DNA of 64,000 nucleotides, taken from positions 1-64,000 of the forward strand of contig CAWKMU010000003.1 in the NCBI GenBank assembly GCA_963850905.1, in the 5' to 3' direction. This document shows positions 1-13,217 of the stretch, piece by piece. Under the pieces are notes generated by a model. It was not told the DNA's origin, searched no databases, and saw nothing but the letters and a program-made list of their open reading frames with translations. Position 1 is the first letter of the stretch, and every line of letters begins with the position of its first letter. Position numbers and translations under genes: made by a program. The DNA comes from an uncultured Gemmatimonadales bacterium. Its GTDB lineage: Bacteria > Gemmatimonadota > Gemmatimonadetes > Gemmatimonadales > Gemmatimonadaceae.

Positions 1-670
1 GAAGCTTACTTCGTGCTAAAATCGATTTTCCCTGCAAAAGGCGAGCAGCGAAGACGAAATTCGGCCCTGCTGTGAGAGCGACCGGCAAGCGGGTGCGTTC
101 CCTCGACGGTCCAGCTTTCAAATATCCCGACCGGCAGCACAAAGAGTACCGCCGAAAGGATTCCCCAACAATGCAATGGCTTGGGGAACGCTGGACTTGT
201 TCTATCGGGTCCGCGCCACTCCGCTCGAGAGTGAGAATGCGACGTCGGCGTTGCTGCCGCGGAGGACTCGCGCGAACTCGACCGTCCACGCTTATCGTGC
301 CGAGCGCGATAGCCCGGTCCGAGATGGCAAGTTGATTACGTGAAAGGCACAAGAGGCGGACATGCTCGACAGCCGATGCGCCTCGAGTGTCGTTGCCCTA
401 GTCCTCGTCCAGGTCGTCTGCATGTCCGCGACGGAATCAGCGCGCACCCCAATGCGTCCAGCTTGACAAGCGAAACTGGGCTGGCGTTCCTTCGGATCCT
501 GCGCGGGGTCGCTCAATCGCCGCTCTGAACGGGTCACCCTGACCAGCGGCCGATCGACACGCACCAGAGGATCGGGATAGCTGCTTACGAGAAGAGTTGG
601 CCTGTGGCCACTTCTTCCTAGCCTACCCCGGAGTCATTCGGCACCTCTCTACGCCCGCTCGCATCGTCAC

Positions 671-1616
671 ATGATCAACACGATTTTGAGCGCGCTCCTG
701 CCGATCGTTGTCACCTTCCTGCTTGGGTACGTGGCAGCACGGCACCATGATTTTGGCCCGACGGATGCTCCGATCCTTAATCGGATGGTGCTGCTCTATG
801 CCGTGCCGCTGGCGCTATTTGGCGGCACCGTCAGCACGTCACGTTCCGTCTTGGGTCAGGACATTTCAATGGTCATCGCGCTATGCGTCGCCATCATCGG
901 CTTGTACGGCGCGGTCTATCTCATGTTCCGTCGCGCGTTCCACCAAGCGGTGGCCACCAGCGCGCTCGCCGCGCTGACGTCGTCAGCGCCCGCAGTCCCG
1001 TACGTCGGCCCAGCTGTCCTCGGTGATCTCTTCGGGACGCGCAGCGCCGTGCCGATTGCGATCGCCAGCACCGTGACCAACCTGACAGTCGTGCCCGTCA
1101 CGCTACTCCTCCTCGCGTTGAATACGACGTCGAATACGGCGTCACCCGTCTCGCGTCGCGCTCTGTTTGCATCAACCCTTCCTGAAGACGATCAAAGAAC
1201 CGATCGTGTGGGCACCGGCACTCGCCTTCGTCATCGTCTTATGCGGCATCCACATTCCGCAGGTGCTCGTGCATTCGATGTCGATGCTGGGATACGCATC
1301 CGGCGGCGTCGCGCTCTTCGCCTCGGGCATCGTCCTGGCCGCCGGCGCCATCACGATCAACTGGCGCGTCGTGCTCATGGTACTGCTGAAAAATATCGTG
1401 CAGCCCGCGCTGGTCCTTGTCGGGTTGCGATGGTACGGCTCTGCGGATCCGATCGTTAGCCAGGCAGTACTGACAACGGCAATTCCAACCATGCCCGTCG
1501 TCATCATGTTTGCGGCCCAGTATCAGGAGCGGCGGTCGGAGGCCGCGTCCGCCGTCTTCCTCAGCGTGATCAGCTCAATCCTGACAATGGGCGTGTTCAT
1601 CGCGCTGACATCCTGA
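671..1616 (+). CDS. AEC (auxin efflux carrier) family transporter, frameshifted near 1165
   Basis: ORFs 671-1459 and 1167-1616 join into one hydrophobic protein with AEC-like motifs (LNRMVLLYAVP; LKNIVQPAL; AIPTMP...AASAVFLS). Confidence 0.8.
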
Positions 1617-1851
1617 GCAAAGCCGGCCGCCTCATTCTCCGCGTGTGCTCTATAGCGGCACATGTCATGCGCCGGCTGCCGGCATAAGCAATGGCAAGGC
1701 CGACCATGCGGGTCTCGTTCGTGGCGAATGGTCGAGCGTTCAAGTCGCGCCCTGGGCGGAGATTTCACCATGGAGAGTACGCTCGGGGTCGGCACTGAAT
1801 GCTCGGTGCTAACACCCGCGGGCCCGTTCAACCTCATATACTGGTGGCCAC

Positions 1852-2358
1852 GTGACGACGCTCACAGTGAACGAAACCAGGCACGTCTACAACGGTGATC
1901 CTGCGAGACCCCTTTTGTGGTTTCTGCGGGAGTCGCTTGGGCTCATGGGCACACGTTTTGGATGTGGTGCCGCGCTTTGTGGTGCCTGCACCGTTCACGT
2001 GAACGGAGAGGCCCGTCGATCGTGCAGCATCACGCTGCGCGATTTAGAAGACGCCAAGGTCACGACGATCGAAGGCCTGAGTGCACGAGGTCCCCACCCC
2101 CTTCAAGTAGCGTGGATCGATCTCAATGTCCCGCAATGTGGTTATTGCCAGTCCGGTCAACTGATGCAGGCTGCGGCATTGCTCGCCGTGAATAGCAAGC
2201 CGACCGACGAGGATATCGATGAGGCAATGTCCGGCAACATCTGCCGGTGCGGCACCTACCCGCGAATTCGAGCGGCAATTAAGCAGGTGGCGTACGGGAG
2301 GCAGCCTGGCGGCTTTTTCCCTCCGTTGGCCAGTATTCCCAAAGGCGGCGCCCTATGA
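1852..2358 (+). CDS. (2Fe-2S)-binding small subunit of an IorA/CoxS-type molybdo-oxidoreductase
   Basis: GCGAALCGACTV, QCGYCQSG and GNICRCGTY motifs. Confidence 0.92.
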   Translation: MTTLTVNETRHVYNGDPARPLLWFLRESLGLMGTRFGCGAALCGACTVHVNGEARRSCSITLRDLEDAKVTTIEGLSARGPHPLQVAWIDLNVPQCGYCQSGQLMQAAALLAVNSKPTDEDIDEAMSGNICRCGTYPRIRAAIKQVAYGRQPGGFFPPLASIPKGGAL

Positions 2359-4534
2359 GTGAACAACCTCTCTCGCTGACACGTCGCTCTTTCGTTTTTG
2401 GCATTTCCGCGATGACGGGCATGGTCGTTCTCCGAGAGCTTCATCTCGACGCTCACTCACTGCCGGCCTCCAGCAAGACGACTCCTGAAATCACCGTGTG
2501 GGTGGTGATCGAGCCCAGCGACGCGGTGACCAGTTCGTGTCGCTCGATCGGAAATGGGTCAGGGGACTCTTACTGGACTGCTTATGCTCGTGGCGGAGGA
2601 GCTTGAGTGCGAGTGGTCGCACGTGCGGCCTGAATTCGTGCCACCTTCGGAAAACCTCGCGCGAGGGAACGCATGGGGTTCGATGACCACCGCTGCGAGT
2701 TTTGGCATTCGGACGTCGCAGGATTACCTCCGAAAGGCGGGAGCGCAGGCCCGCATGATGTTGATTGCCGAGGCCGCATCTCGGTGGCGTGTGCCAGACG
2801 AAGACTGCAGCGCTTCGAAGAGCGTAATCCGCCACGCTGCGAGTGGGCGGAGTCTTCGCTTCGGTGAGGTCGCTGCCGCCGCGGCTCGACGCCCGGTGCC
2901 AACGAATGTCGTTTTGAAGAAGCCGGAGAATTGGACGTTGATCGGGACTTCAGTGAGACGGCTTGACACGCCAGACAAGGTGTTTGCTCGGGTGCGCTAT
3001 GCGAGTGACGTGCGCCTGCCTGGTATGCTCTGCGCCGCGGTGCGTGCATGTCCCGCCTTCGGCGGAAAGCGGATATCGTTCCAGGCTGATGCAATCAAGG
3101 ACATGACAGGTGTACGCCATGTGCTTCCGGTCGATGACGACGCCGTAGCGGTGCTCGCTGACACGTGGTGGGACGCACATCAGGCACTTGAACGGCTGCC
3201 CATAGTCTGGGACGAAAGCGCCTCAGCACACCTAAACACCGCAGACATTATTGCTGATTGTACGCAGGCACTGGATGCCGCCGACATAACCAAGGGAAGA
3301 CAAGCCGGCGATTTCGCAAAGGCACTGGCAAACGCACATAGCTCTGTCGAATTGGTGTACCACGTACCGTATCTGGCACACGTGACAATGGAACCACAAA
3401 CCTGCACGGCCCGCGTGACGAAGGGCCGAGCTGAGGTCTGGGCGCCAACCCAGAATGGAGAAAGGACACTACAGGCGGTCGCAAAGGCTCTGAATCTCGA
3501 CCCGAAGAACGTTGTAGTGAACAAGTGCCTGCTGGGCGGCGGTTTTGGCCGGCGTGGAATCGCGCAGGATTGGGCGGTGCGGGCGGTCCAAATAGCGCGA
3601 CAGGTCGACGTCCCGGTGAAAATGCAATGGTCACGGGAAGAAGACGTTCGCCGGGATGTTTGCCGCCCAATCGCGGTGGCAAAACAAACCGCTTGTTTCG
3701 ACGCAAGTCGCCGATTGACCGGTTGGCAAGTGCGGCTTGCCGGCCCCTCGATCTACGCGAGCATCGCTCCCGAACGACTCGTGAATGGTCAGGATCTCGA
3801 CATGATGAATGCATTCCAGATCGAGGATATGCCGTATGCGGCACCGAACCTGGATGTGGGTTATGTGATGCGGAATAGCCCGATCCTGGTAGGCTTTTTG
3901 GCGTGGCACGAATCACTCGCAGAATGGCTTTTTCCGTGAACGCTTCGTGGATGGAATGGCGCATTCGATAGGTGCAGATCCATTCCAGTTCCGGCGAGCC
4001 CTTTTGGCGAACGGCCCGCGTTCGTTGAGAGTCCTCGAGGCAGTGGCCGAGCATGCCGGTTGGGGGAAGGCGCCGGCGGGCGTACATCAGGGCATTGCCA
4101 TCGTCGAGTGTTATGACTCGGTGTGCGCGCAGGTGGTTGATCTTTCCGTCGATAACAAAGGAGGCATCACCATACATCGGGTGGTTACAGGCATCGATTC
4201 CGGGTACATCGTGAACAAAGCCTGCGTCGTCGCCCAGACTGAGGGGTCGGTCGCGTGGGCGCTTGCTGCAACAATGACTGGAGAGATTACTCATACCCGT
4301 GGCCGGGTCGACCAAAGCAATTTTCACAACTATCCTGCGCTGCGGAATGTTCGAGATGCCCCTGTCGAGACGCTGCTTGTATCGAGCGGGGATCGCTTTC
4401 TCAACCGCTGGGGAGGGATAGGAGAACCTGCTGCGACGCCTCTTGCGCCCGCGATTGCGAATGCTGTTTTTGCCGCGACAGGCAAGCAGATTCGTTCGTT
4501 GCCGCTAACAAACTACGGTCTGACGTTGGCTTAA
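2355..4534 (+). CDS. Molybdopterin-binding large subunit (IorB / aldehyde oxidoreductase family), several frameshifts
   Basis: Tat-like RRSF N-terminus; EMGQG, HVTMEP, LGGGFGRR, WSREED and GGIGEP motifs spread over ORFs 2355-2606, 2554-3939 and 3947-4534. Confidence 0.88.
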
Positions 4535-4535
4535 A

Positions 4536-5128
4536 ATGAGCTCACAAGCGAGGTCTTCACTCAGCGTTCTCCTCCCCGCAGTTTGCATAGCCGCCGGTCT
4601 CTCGGCAGTGAGCTGCGCGAAACCAAGTCGGCCAATCAAGAAGTCGGGTGACGCCGCGGGTCTCTTTGTGCAATTTGATGCCCACGTTGACCTCTCCGCG
4701 CTGCATGAATTGCCACACATCGACTGACTTCCCGCGGCAGGGGAATGACCAGGCACCGTCACATCATGCTGGTGACTCGCGGTGCCGAGAGCAATGGCGC
4801 TGCCGCTCTGCACTGCGCCACATGCCATGGGGCTTCGAACGGGGACAACGGGGTACCGGGCGCACCTGGTTGGCAGCTTGCGCCGCTCAGCATGGCTTGG
4901 GAAGGCTTATCTGCAGGTGCCTTATGCCGCGTGATGCTTGCACCCCAAAACGGACAGACAGCTCAGAGTATTGTTGCCCACATGAAAACTCCGATTGTGC
5001 AGTGGGCTTGGTCGCCGGGGGTCGACCTTGATGGCAAACAGAGATCGACGCCGCCGCTCTCCCGAGATCAGTTCCTAGCATTGACTCAGGCGTGGGCCGA
5101 CAGTGGAGCCCGTTGCCCGAAAACGTGA
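4536..5128 (+). CDS. c-type cytochrome-like accessory subunit of the IorAB cluster, frameshifted
   Basis: PRCMNCH and CATCH heme-binding motifs; PGAPGWQLAPLSMAW segment typical of this family. Confidence 0.7.
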
Positions 5129-5360
5129 TTCACTGAATCAGGAAAGAACCAAGTTCTTGATAGCGCGACGTGGCCGGGGGCCACATTGGCACCCCGGCGC
5201 CGAAGATATCCTGTATTCGTGGATGGACCGCGCCGTTGGCGAAAACGAGTGGCGATGCATCGCTTCTGGTGCCTCCCTAACCAAACAGGGGTGTTGGGGC
5301 GCAGCTGTCGCGACCGCGGTTTGTCAGACAAGACTCAGAGGCGTTGCAGTGGGGGTTGTC

Positions 5361-6604
5361 ATGAGTAGGAACAGTTTCCCAATCCGTGCTTCGCCCCGGA
5401 GGACAATCGATCTCCCCGCGCTCATCCTGGCTCTTGGGACATTCGCGATCGGGACGGATGCGTTCATCATTGGCGGCATCCTACCGAAGATCGCGCATGA
5501 CCTCTCGGTCAGCGTCGGGCTGGCCGGTCTGGTCGTATCGGTATTTTCCCTATCGTATGCATTCGGCTCGCCCATCGTTGCGGCGCTAAGCGCGCGCTGG
5601 CGGCGCTCGACTGTCATCATCGGTGGGCTAGCCGTGTTCTCGGCCGCCAATCTGTTGTCGGGCTTGTCACCAACATTCGGTTGGCTTTTGGCGACACGCG
5701 TTGTTGCTGCACTCGCAGCGGGGCTTGTCGCCCCGGCTTGTTATGCGCTCGCTTCAACACTCGGCTCGTCACATAATCGTGGTGAGATGTTAGCGATCGT
5801 CGCAGCCGGGTTTACCAGTGCTATCGTCTTAGGCGTCCCCCTTGGGGTCTTATCGGCAATTACGCCGGCTGGCGGGGTTCGCTGATCTTCGTAGCGATAC
5901 TCGGAGCCATCGCCGCGCTTTCAATGTTCGGCGCAGGAGTTCCGGAGCCTGACTCGAGTGACAAGTGCACCCAGCCCCTCTGAACAACTGCGGATTTTGC
6001 GCCGCCCCGAAACCATCATCGTCCTTACGCCATTTCTAATTTGGTCCATCGCCAACTTTGGGCTTTATACGTTCATCGCCGCCATTCTAGGGCGCCAACT
6101 GTCGGCAACCGCCATTCCGGTCTTGCTACTACTCTTCGGATTGGGTGCATGGCTGGCAATTTCATCGGTGGCGCGCTGTCCGACCGGTATGGTCCTCGAT
6201 GGCCGACGATTATTTGTCTGGTGATGTTGATCGGTGCCCTCGCGGTTATTGAGCCGGCCAGTTCGTCGGTAATTTCGGCGAGCGTCACCATGATCTGGTG
6301 GGGTGTCTGCCAAGCTGCACTCTTTACCCTTCAGCAGCAGCGAACTATTGCACTAAATCCCGGGGAGTCGACGTTGGGCCTCGCCTTGAACAACTCTGCG
6401 CTGTATCTGGGGGCGTCGGTCGGAGCGGCAGGAGGCGGAGTGGTCATTTCAAGGTGGTCCCTTGCCTTGGTTGCTCCGACGAGCGCGGCTGTCGCCACCT
6501 TAGGTCTGCTGGCGCTTCTGATTTTGCCGCGGGGCGGAGCGCGTGCCGCTTCCACCGGCCCGATCATTTCTGTTCATCACAATCGCCCCTACAACGTTCT
6601 CTGA
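5361..6604 (+). CDS. MFS transporter (DHA1-like), frameshifted
   Basis: LALGTFAIGTDAFIIGGILP N-terminus and GNFIGGALSDRYG loop motif, spread across three frames. Confidence 0.82.
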
Positions 6605-6689
6605 GCCCTGTCTGACCAGTCGCGGTCGCGATAGCTGCGCCCCAACCCCTGCGTGTGGTTGGCTGGAACCGGAAGCTTTCGTCTCGACC

Positions 6690-6815
6690 ATCGCGATAGA
6701 CGCACGGGTGAGCCCGAGGAAATCGCCAAGGCCGTGCGATTTTTCGCCTCGGTCGACCCGTGGGATGCCACGAGCGCCGAACTATTTGTCGACGGTGGCA
6801 GAGCGCAGGTGTGGT
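6690..6815 (+). pseudogene. C-terminal remnant of an SDR oxidoreductase
   Basis: RTGEPEEIAKAVRFFAS...ELFVDGGRAQV matches the SDR C-terminus; no N-terminal part present. Confidence 0.6.
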
Positions 6816-7068
6816 CGTTTCTCCAGCGAGGATGTGCTGATGGCCGGTGCGTGGGTAGTGGAGCATTTGTTGGGTGATTCGAACGAGAGGAAGATCATCA
6901 TCCGGAAAGCACGCAGTGTGGAAGAGGAGCACGGGCATTCAGAATAACGCACGGCCTCACACCGTAACGCAATGCGAGGCTGAGGCTTAATCAATCGGGA
7001 CGGCGGGATTTGATCCCGCGATCCCTGAACTCTATTCGCACTATTGGTAACGGTTGCGAGTCCAAAAA

Positions 7069-7845
7069 ATGTCTCGCGTCTTTATTACAGGGTCTACTGA
7101 CGGAATCGGCCTCATGAGCGCCCGGCTTCTTCTCGAGCAGGGCCACCAGGTCGTGCTGCACGCACGCAGCGCGGCTCGTGCGGCCGATGCCCAGCGCACC
7201 CTACCCTCTGCCGAAGCTGTGGTCGTGGGCGACCTTTCCAGCGTCGCTCAGACGCGCGCCGTCGCCGAGCAAACGAACCGCCTGGGCCGTTTCGATTCAG
7301 TCATCCACAATGCCGGCGTGGGCTATCGGGAGCCACGCCGTATCCAGACAGAGGACGGTTTGCCGCACGTCTTCGCCATAAACGTGCTCGCGCCCTACGT
7401 GCTGACAGCCCTGATCGAAAGGCCAAAGCGCATGGTATATCTGAGCTCTGGTATGCACCGAGGTGCCAACGCCAGTCTGGAGGACGTCGAGTGGACGCAA
7501 AGACGTTGGCAGGGAGCGGAGGCCTACGCCGAAAGCAAACTGTACGACGTGCTGCTGGCGTTTGCTGTGGCTCGGCGCTGGCTCAATGTCCTTTCCAACG
7601 CACTGGAGCCAGGCTGGGTGCCAACTACAATGGGTGGCCCCGGTGCCCCTGACGACATCGACCAGAGTCATCGAACCCAAGTGTGGCTTGCCGTGAGTAA
7701 TGATCCTCAGGCACTGGTATCTGGGCGGTATTTCTATCACATGCATCAACGGGCGGCTGATCCTGCCGTTTACGACACAGCGCGACAGAATCGATTGCTT
7801 GATATCTGCCGGCGGCTTTCAGACGTAGCTCTGCCAAACGGCTAA
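7069..7845 (+). CDS. SDR family oxidoreductase
   Basis: ITGSTDGIG, HNAG and YAESK motifs. Confidence 0.92.
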   Translation: MSRVFITGSTDGIGLMSARLLLEQGHQVVLHARSAARAADAQRTLPSAEAVVVGDLSSVAQTRAVAEQTNRLGRFDSVIHNAGVGYREPRRIQTEDGLPHVFAINVLAPYVLTALIERPKRMVYLSSGMHRGANASLEDVEWTQRRWQGAEAYAESKLYDVLLAFAVARRWLNVLSNALEPGWVPTTMGGPGAPDDIDQSHRTQVWLAVSNDPQALVSGRYFYHMHQRAADPAVYDTARQNRLLDICRRLSDVALPNG

Positions 7846-8243
7846 AGGAAATTCGCGACAGAGCTAAAAGGGAGTTCCGTTCCGCATCTCCGCGCCGTCC
7901 GCAAATGCCGACCCGGCACGCAATCCCACGCGTGTCTACCCAATGGCCGATAGGTCGCCCGGCGCGCCACGCTGGCCCCGATTTCCGGAAGGACTGGGTC
8001 AGCATCGAGATTCCGACGCTCCAAATGCCTCAATGGGCCCCTCAGCCGAAGCGCAGCCCTGTAACGCACGCGCCACCCTGGCCACGCAAAGCTCTCGATC
8101 ACCCGAATACGTCAATTCAGTCCGCCACCGAGCGAGCGGTAAAGCTCAACCAAATTGCTGCTTCGGCTGAACCGCGTCGTCGCGACCTGCGCCTGGGCCC
8201 TTTCCCTTTATAGACGATACGCTGCGCATCGAGCACGGTCAGA

Positions 8244-8537
8244 ATGGGTCAACCGAGCGTTGAGCTGACGCTCGACACAGCCGGGCGCCCAGCGGTGAGG
8301 CTGAGCAATCCCAATGCGGACGCACCGACCGCCGCCTTAGAGGTCGACTACAAGGGCGCGCACGTGATCTTCAATCGCCCGGGCGGGGCATCGAGCTATC
8401 TGTTCCTGAACAACGCCGGCGCATCTGGCGTCGTGCTTCTCGACACGAGGGGCGTGAGGCGGTTAGCCGCGCTTGTCACCCCGGACGGAACCCCCAACGT
8501 CGAGCGCTTCGGGCCTGACGGCAAGCCGCTACCCTGA
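8244..8537 (+). CDS. Hypothetical protein, possibly an N-truncated fragment
   Basis: 97-aa ORF with protein-like beta-rich composition; no recognised motif. Confidence 0.4.
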   Translation: MGQPSVELTLDTAGRPAVRLSNPNADAPTAALEVDYKGAHVIFNRPGGASSYLFLNNAGASGVVLLDTRGVRRLAALVTPDGTPNVERFGPDGKPLP

Positions 8538-8742
8538 TCATGTGGTGGTGGATATTGTGAAGCGCTACTTGGGATCGTGCGCCCTGGGAGTGGAGTACCG
8601 ACACATGTGCGCGGAGAGCCGCCGACCAAGTGACCGGAATACACGGTTCCTCTTTCGGGGGCGTCGGTCGTGATCGAGCGGCGGCGTTTCCTGCTCCCTT
8701 CCCACGTTCACTGACACAGGTTCACCCGACGTCGGAGTTTCC

Positions 8743-10585
8743 ATGGCTGCTGAAACGATCATCTACAATGTGAAGGTCGCGACGAATCGAGTTCCATCGT
8801 TTGTCGAAGCTATTGCCATCGAAGCTGGAAAGATCGCGCTACCGGATAATAGCGAGGAGATTCTCCGGCTGCGCGGCCCGGAAACCAAAGTCATTGATGG
8901 TAAAGGAGGACGGTGATCCCCGGGCTCAACGATTCGCATATGCACCCGATCCGGGGCGGCCTGAATTACAACATGGAGTTGCGCTGGGATGGCGTGCCTT
9001 CGCTGGCCGACGCGCTGCGTATGCTGAAGGAGCAGGCCGCGCGCACGCCCGCGCCACAGTGGGTGCGCGTTGTCGGCGGGTGGACGGAGTTTCAGTTTGC
9101 CGAGCGCCGGATGCCGACGTTCGATGAAATCAACGCGGTGTCGCACCGGATACGCCCGTTTTCGTCCTGCACTTGTACGACCGTGCGTTACTGAACGGTG
9201 CCGCTTTGCGCGCGGTGGGTTACACCAAGGACACGCCAGATCCTCCTGCCGGCGAAATCCAGCGGGACAAGCGAGGCAATCCAACGGGACTTCTCGTCGC
9301 CAAACCGAGCGCGTTCATCCTCTACTCGACTTTGTTCAATGGGGCCAAAGCTGTCGCGGGACGATCAGCTCAATTCTTCGCGTCTCTTTTTCCGTGAGTT
9401 GAATCGGTTCGGCATCACAAGTGCGGTTGATGCGGGCGGCGGCTTCCAAAACTATCCTGACGACTATGAAGTCGTCAACGAACTACATCGGAGAACCAAC
9501 TATCGGTTCGCCTGGCTTACAACCTTTATCCCCAGAAGGGGGGTCAAGAGCTCGCGGATTTTGAACGATGGGCAGGGATGACGAAACCTGGCGAGGGGGA
9601 CGACTTCTATCGCGTCAATGGCGCCGGAGAGATGCCTCGTGGCTTCGGCAGCGGATTTTGAGGATATGCTCCAACAGCGGCCGGACATGGCGCCCATCAA
9701 TGGAGAGTGAATTGAAGGCGGTGGTCCAATATCTGGCGGAGAACCGATGGCCGTTTCGCATGCATGCCACTTACAACGAGACGATTTGTCGGGCCCTCGA
9801 CGTATTCGAGGAGGTCAACCGGGAGATTCCCTTCGAGGGCCTGCATTGGTTCTTCGATCACTGTGAGACGGTGACAGATCACAATATGGAGCGGATCAAG
9901 GCGATGGGCGGCGGCATTGCTGTGCAGAACCGAATGGCATTCCAGGGAGAGTACTTCGTCGAACGCTACGGCGCGCAACAGGCGAAGCGGTCACCCGCCG
10001 ATCCGGCGGAGGCTCGAGATGGGCATTCCCGTCGGAGCTGGCACGGACGCGACCAGAGTGGCGAGCTACAATCCGTTCCTGTCCCTCTATTGGCTCATCA
10101 CTGGAAAGACCCTCGGCGGATTGACGCTGTATCCGAAGCAAGACCGCATGGACCGCGAGGAAGCGCTGAAGCTCTACACAGTAGGAAGCAGTTGGTTTTC
10201 AGGTGAAGACGGTAAGAAGGGATCGCTCGCACCGGGCCAACTAGCGGATCTGGCCGTTCTGTCCGCGGACTACTTCTCAGTGCCAGACGAAGAGATCAAG
10301 CGACTCGAATCCGTGTTGACGCTCGTAGGTGGGAAGGTAGTCTACGCCGCCGGCGAATTTGCGAGGATGTCGCCTCCGGATCTGCCTGTCAGTCCAGCAT
10401 GGTCGCCGGTGGCGGAGTACGGCGGATATGCACACGTCCCGGAATCAGTCCTCGCCGGGTCTCATTCCATGGTGCACGCCGACGGGGCCTGCGGTCATGT
10501 GCACAGTGGACAGAGCAGACATCACCGTCAGGTGTTGGGTGAACGGGGATTGTGGACGCTGGGGTGCGATTGCTTTGCATTCTGA
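8743..10585 (+). CDS. Amidohydrolase 3 (YtcJ-like), multiple frameshifts
   Basis: IPGLNDSHMH, WPFRMHATYNETI, WFFDHCE, GAGTDATRVASYNP and GQLADLAVLS motifs across several frames. Confidence 0.85.
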
Positions 10586-10603
10586 ACCTGTGGAGGGACC
10601 GAT

Positions 10604-10831
10604 ATGAAAGCGGCGCTCATTTCGTTGGTGGTAGGCCTACTTGTCGGTGTCGTATATGGGCTCATTCGGGTGAAGAGTCCTGCGCCGCCTATCATTGCTC
10701 TGGTCGGACTGCTCGGGATGGTGTATGGCGAGCAAGCTGGCGAATGGCTGCTGACAAAAATCCACTCGACGAGCGGGCCGACCGCGTCGAGTACACCCAC
10801 GTCGCCCGGCCAGCCGACCTCACCACCATGA
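10604..10831 (+). CDS. XapX / DUF1427 family small membrane protein
   Basis: GLLVGVVYGLIRVKSPAPPIIALVGLLGM signature. Confidence 0.85.
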   Translation: MKAALISLVVGLLVGVVYGLIRVKSPAPPIIALVGLLGMVYGEQAGEWLLTKIHSTSGPTASSTPTSPGQPTSPP

Positions 10832-10925
10832 CCGCCGGTTCCCTCGCACTGTTCCTGGTTCTCGGCGCCGCCGGTCGGATTCGCCGGCGGCCTCTCGCTG
10901 ATCGTCGGTCGGTGAGCCAGTCGGC

Positions 10926-12330
10926 TCACCAGCCGTATTTGGCTTCGAGGCCCAAGTAGAAGCTGTTCCGCCCTCCCGCGCGGCGGATCGCGTCGCCAAT
11001 GGCGTAATACACCGTCTCCAGGGCGAAGGCCGCGTAGCGCGTCACCGCGTAGTCGGTACGAAATTGCCCGTACGTGCCGCTATAGCTCCCCGGTTGGCCA
11101 GCCGTGCCACGGATAGGGATGTCGGGAATCGTATAGAATGGCGTCGGCTGTCGTCTCGCGCCACACGCCGGCGGAAGCCAACAGCACAGTGAGCGTCGAG
11201 GTCGGGTATACCGTGATCGACGGCTTGACATGAATGAAGTTCGTGTAGCCTGTATAGCCCGCGAGGGCGAGATAATAACCATTCGGGAAGAGCGGGTTGA
11301 ACGTGCCGAGCGTGTGATCGTGCGGGTCACTGTCCCCGGACGCTGCGTCCAGTTGCATCCCAAGGCGTGGCGTCCATCGGACTGAGCGGATGGTATAGCC
11401 TCCCAGTGATCCGACGGCCCACGCCAGAATGTTCTCGTCGGCGATGCGACCGGTTTGGCCCATGCCCTCCATGTCCAGATCGAAGCCCCCGGCCTTCTGG
11501 GCGAAATGGACATCGAGCACGTCGCGCCGCTCGTTGCCGCTGATGCTCGGGAAATGAGCCCCATGCTGCGTAAAGCGCGACAAAGTGGCTGACAGCTGGC
11601 CCGACCCGAACACCTGGTGCTCCAGGCGCACGCCACCATAGGTCAGCGCCTGACTGCTGTAGTCATCAAAGACGTGCACATCCTTATCCTGGACGGGCTG
11701 GCTGTAGAAGCCCGACAGCCTCCAGGCACCATGCAAATAGCTGAACCAGGCAGCGTCGAACGACTGACGCACGTTCGGGCCGTCGCGGAGTGAGATGAAG
11801 CGCTGGAGATCGAACGCGATCTGCTGTCGCCCCACTCGAGCCGTGAACGTGCCGCCGCCAACCGGCTCGGTCACAGCGACAAACGCTTGCTCGAGGTCGA
11901 GTTGGTTTACGTCGGGTGGCGTAAGCATCACTTTGCCCGGCGCGAAGTCGCTCTGGAGTTGGGTAAAGATCTGCACGCGCGCGCTCGGATGGACATCGGC
12001 GTGCAACTCGAATCGGGTGATGACGTAGTCCTCGTTTACGTTGGGAGGCGTGCCCAAGGCTGGGGCGTTATTGCTCTCGAAACGCACCCTGAGGTCGGCG
12101 CCGAGCGACAGGTAGGCCTTGGGATTGTCTCGAGAGAGTGGGATGTATTTCAGGTTGTCGAATGGCTCTCGTCGGACACGCGGATCGGCCAACACCGACC
12201 AGTCTTCCTGCCACCGGTTGAAGAGAATCGCGGGTCGCTGCGGCGCGGTCGCAGTCGAGTCGCTGTCGCGCGCAGATCCTGTGTGCAAGCTCAGGACGCC
12301 GATCACGAGCACGCACGCTACATCCATCAA
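10926..12330 (-). CDS. Alginate export family outer-membrane protein, frameshifted near 11135
   Basis: NRWQEDWS, GRQQIAFDLQRFISLRDGPNVRQSFD and TFNPLFPNGYY motifs; C-terminal aromatic residue. Confidence 0.82.
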
Positions 12331-13217
12331 GTACCGCTAGAGGAATGAATCTCCGCGATATATCCGCCGGGAAACTGCACGATGGCCTCCTGACGATCAC
12401 CGGCCGTGTACGGCGCGACGAGCACAGTCGCTCCGGCCGCTTTCGCCTTGTCGAGCGTGGAGGAGAGGTTGGAGACCTCGTACCCGGTCAGCTCGTGGCC
12501 ATAAGGGTACGGCAAATGACCGTCGGTCACGAGTACGGTGAGTTTGCCGAACCCCGACTCGATGCGGACGCGGCGATAGCTGTCGTTCGGCCGGCCGATT
12601 TCCACCCCAGGCGCCTTGGGGTCATCGGCGAGGATCTTGCCGTGCGAAAATCGGACGAATCCCTGGATGAATTGGTCGGCCTTGTCGGTCGACAGGTAGA
12701 CGCGATTCTCCGGCACCGTCTTCAGCTTCGGCGATGACGCTGGGGTGGTGTGCCAGTACAGCTGCATGTGTACGCCGCCCGGCCATTCGAGGATGACGTC
12801 GCTGCCAATTGGATCGGGGAACGGCGTCACGATAATGTCTGCTCCATTCGCCCGGGCAGCGCGAACAGCCGTGTCCATGTTCGTGACCAGAGAGCCCGTC
12901 CGTTCGGAGCCGAAGGGGTATGGGATCGGCGTGGTGAAGCCGAGCGCTGACACGCCGCCGACCGGCGTGGACACCGCCTGCCACATCGTCTTACTTGGCG
13001 TCGGCGTGATCGTGGTTGGACCCTCCTTGGACGTTGTGCCGCCAAACGTCGCAATGAAACTGGCGACGAAACGGTCGAAGTCGTCGGGGGCGACATAGAC
13101 GTGGGTCGTGGAGTACTGTGAACCGACCGTCACGTCCGGTGTCAATGCGGCCCCCACTTGAGCGCGCGCCGCCAATGCAACCAGCAAGGCCATCAGCAGG
13201 GATGCGACCATGTGCAC
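12327..13217 (-). CDS. Secreted glyoxalase-like (VOC) protein
   Basis: Signal peptide, QYSTTHVYV, TDGHLPYPYGHE and FPGGYIAEIH motifs; usual neighbour of the amidohydrolase/XapX/alginate-export cluster. Confidence 0.78.
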   Translation of the reverse strand: MHMVASLLMALLVALAARAQVGAALTPDVTVGSQYSTTHVYVAPDDFDRFVASFIATFGGTTSKEGPTTITPTPSKTMWQAVSTPVGGVSALGFTTPIPYPFGSERTGSLVTNMDTAVRAARANGADIIVTPFPDPIGSDVILEWPGGVHMQLYWHTTPASSPKLKTVPENRVYLSTDKADQFIQGFVRFSHGKILADDPKAPGVEIGRPNDSYRRVRIESGFGKLTVLVTDGHLPYPYGHELTGYEVSNLSSTLDKAKAAGATVLVAPYTAGDRQEAIVQFPGGYIAEIHSSSGT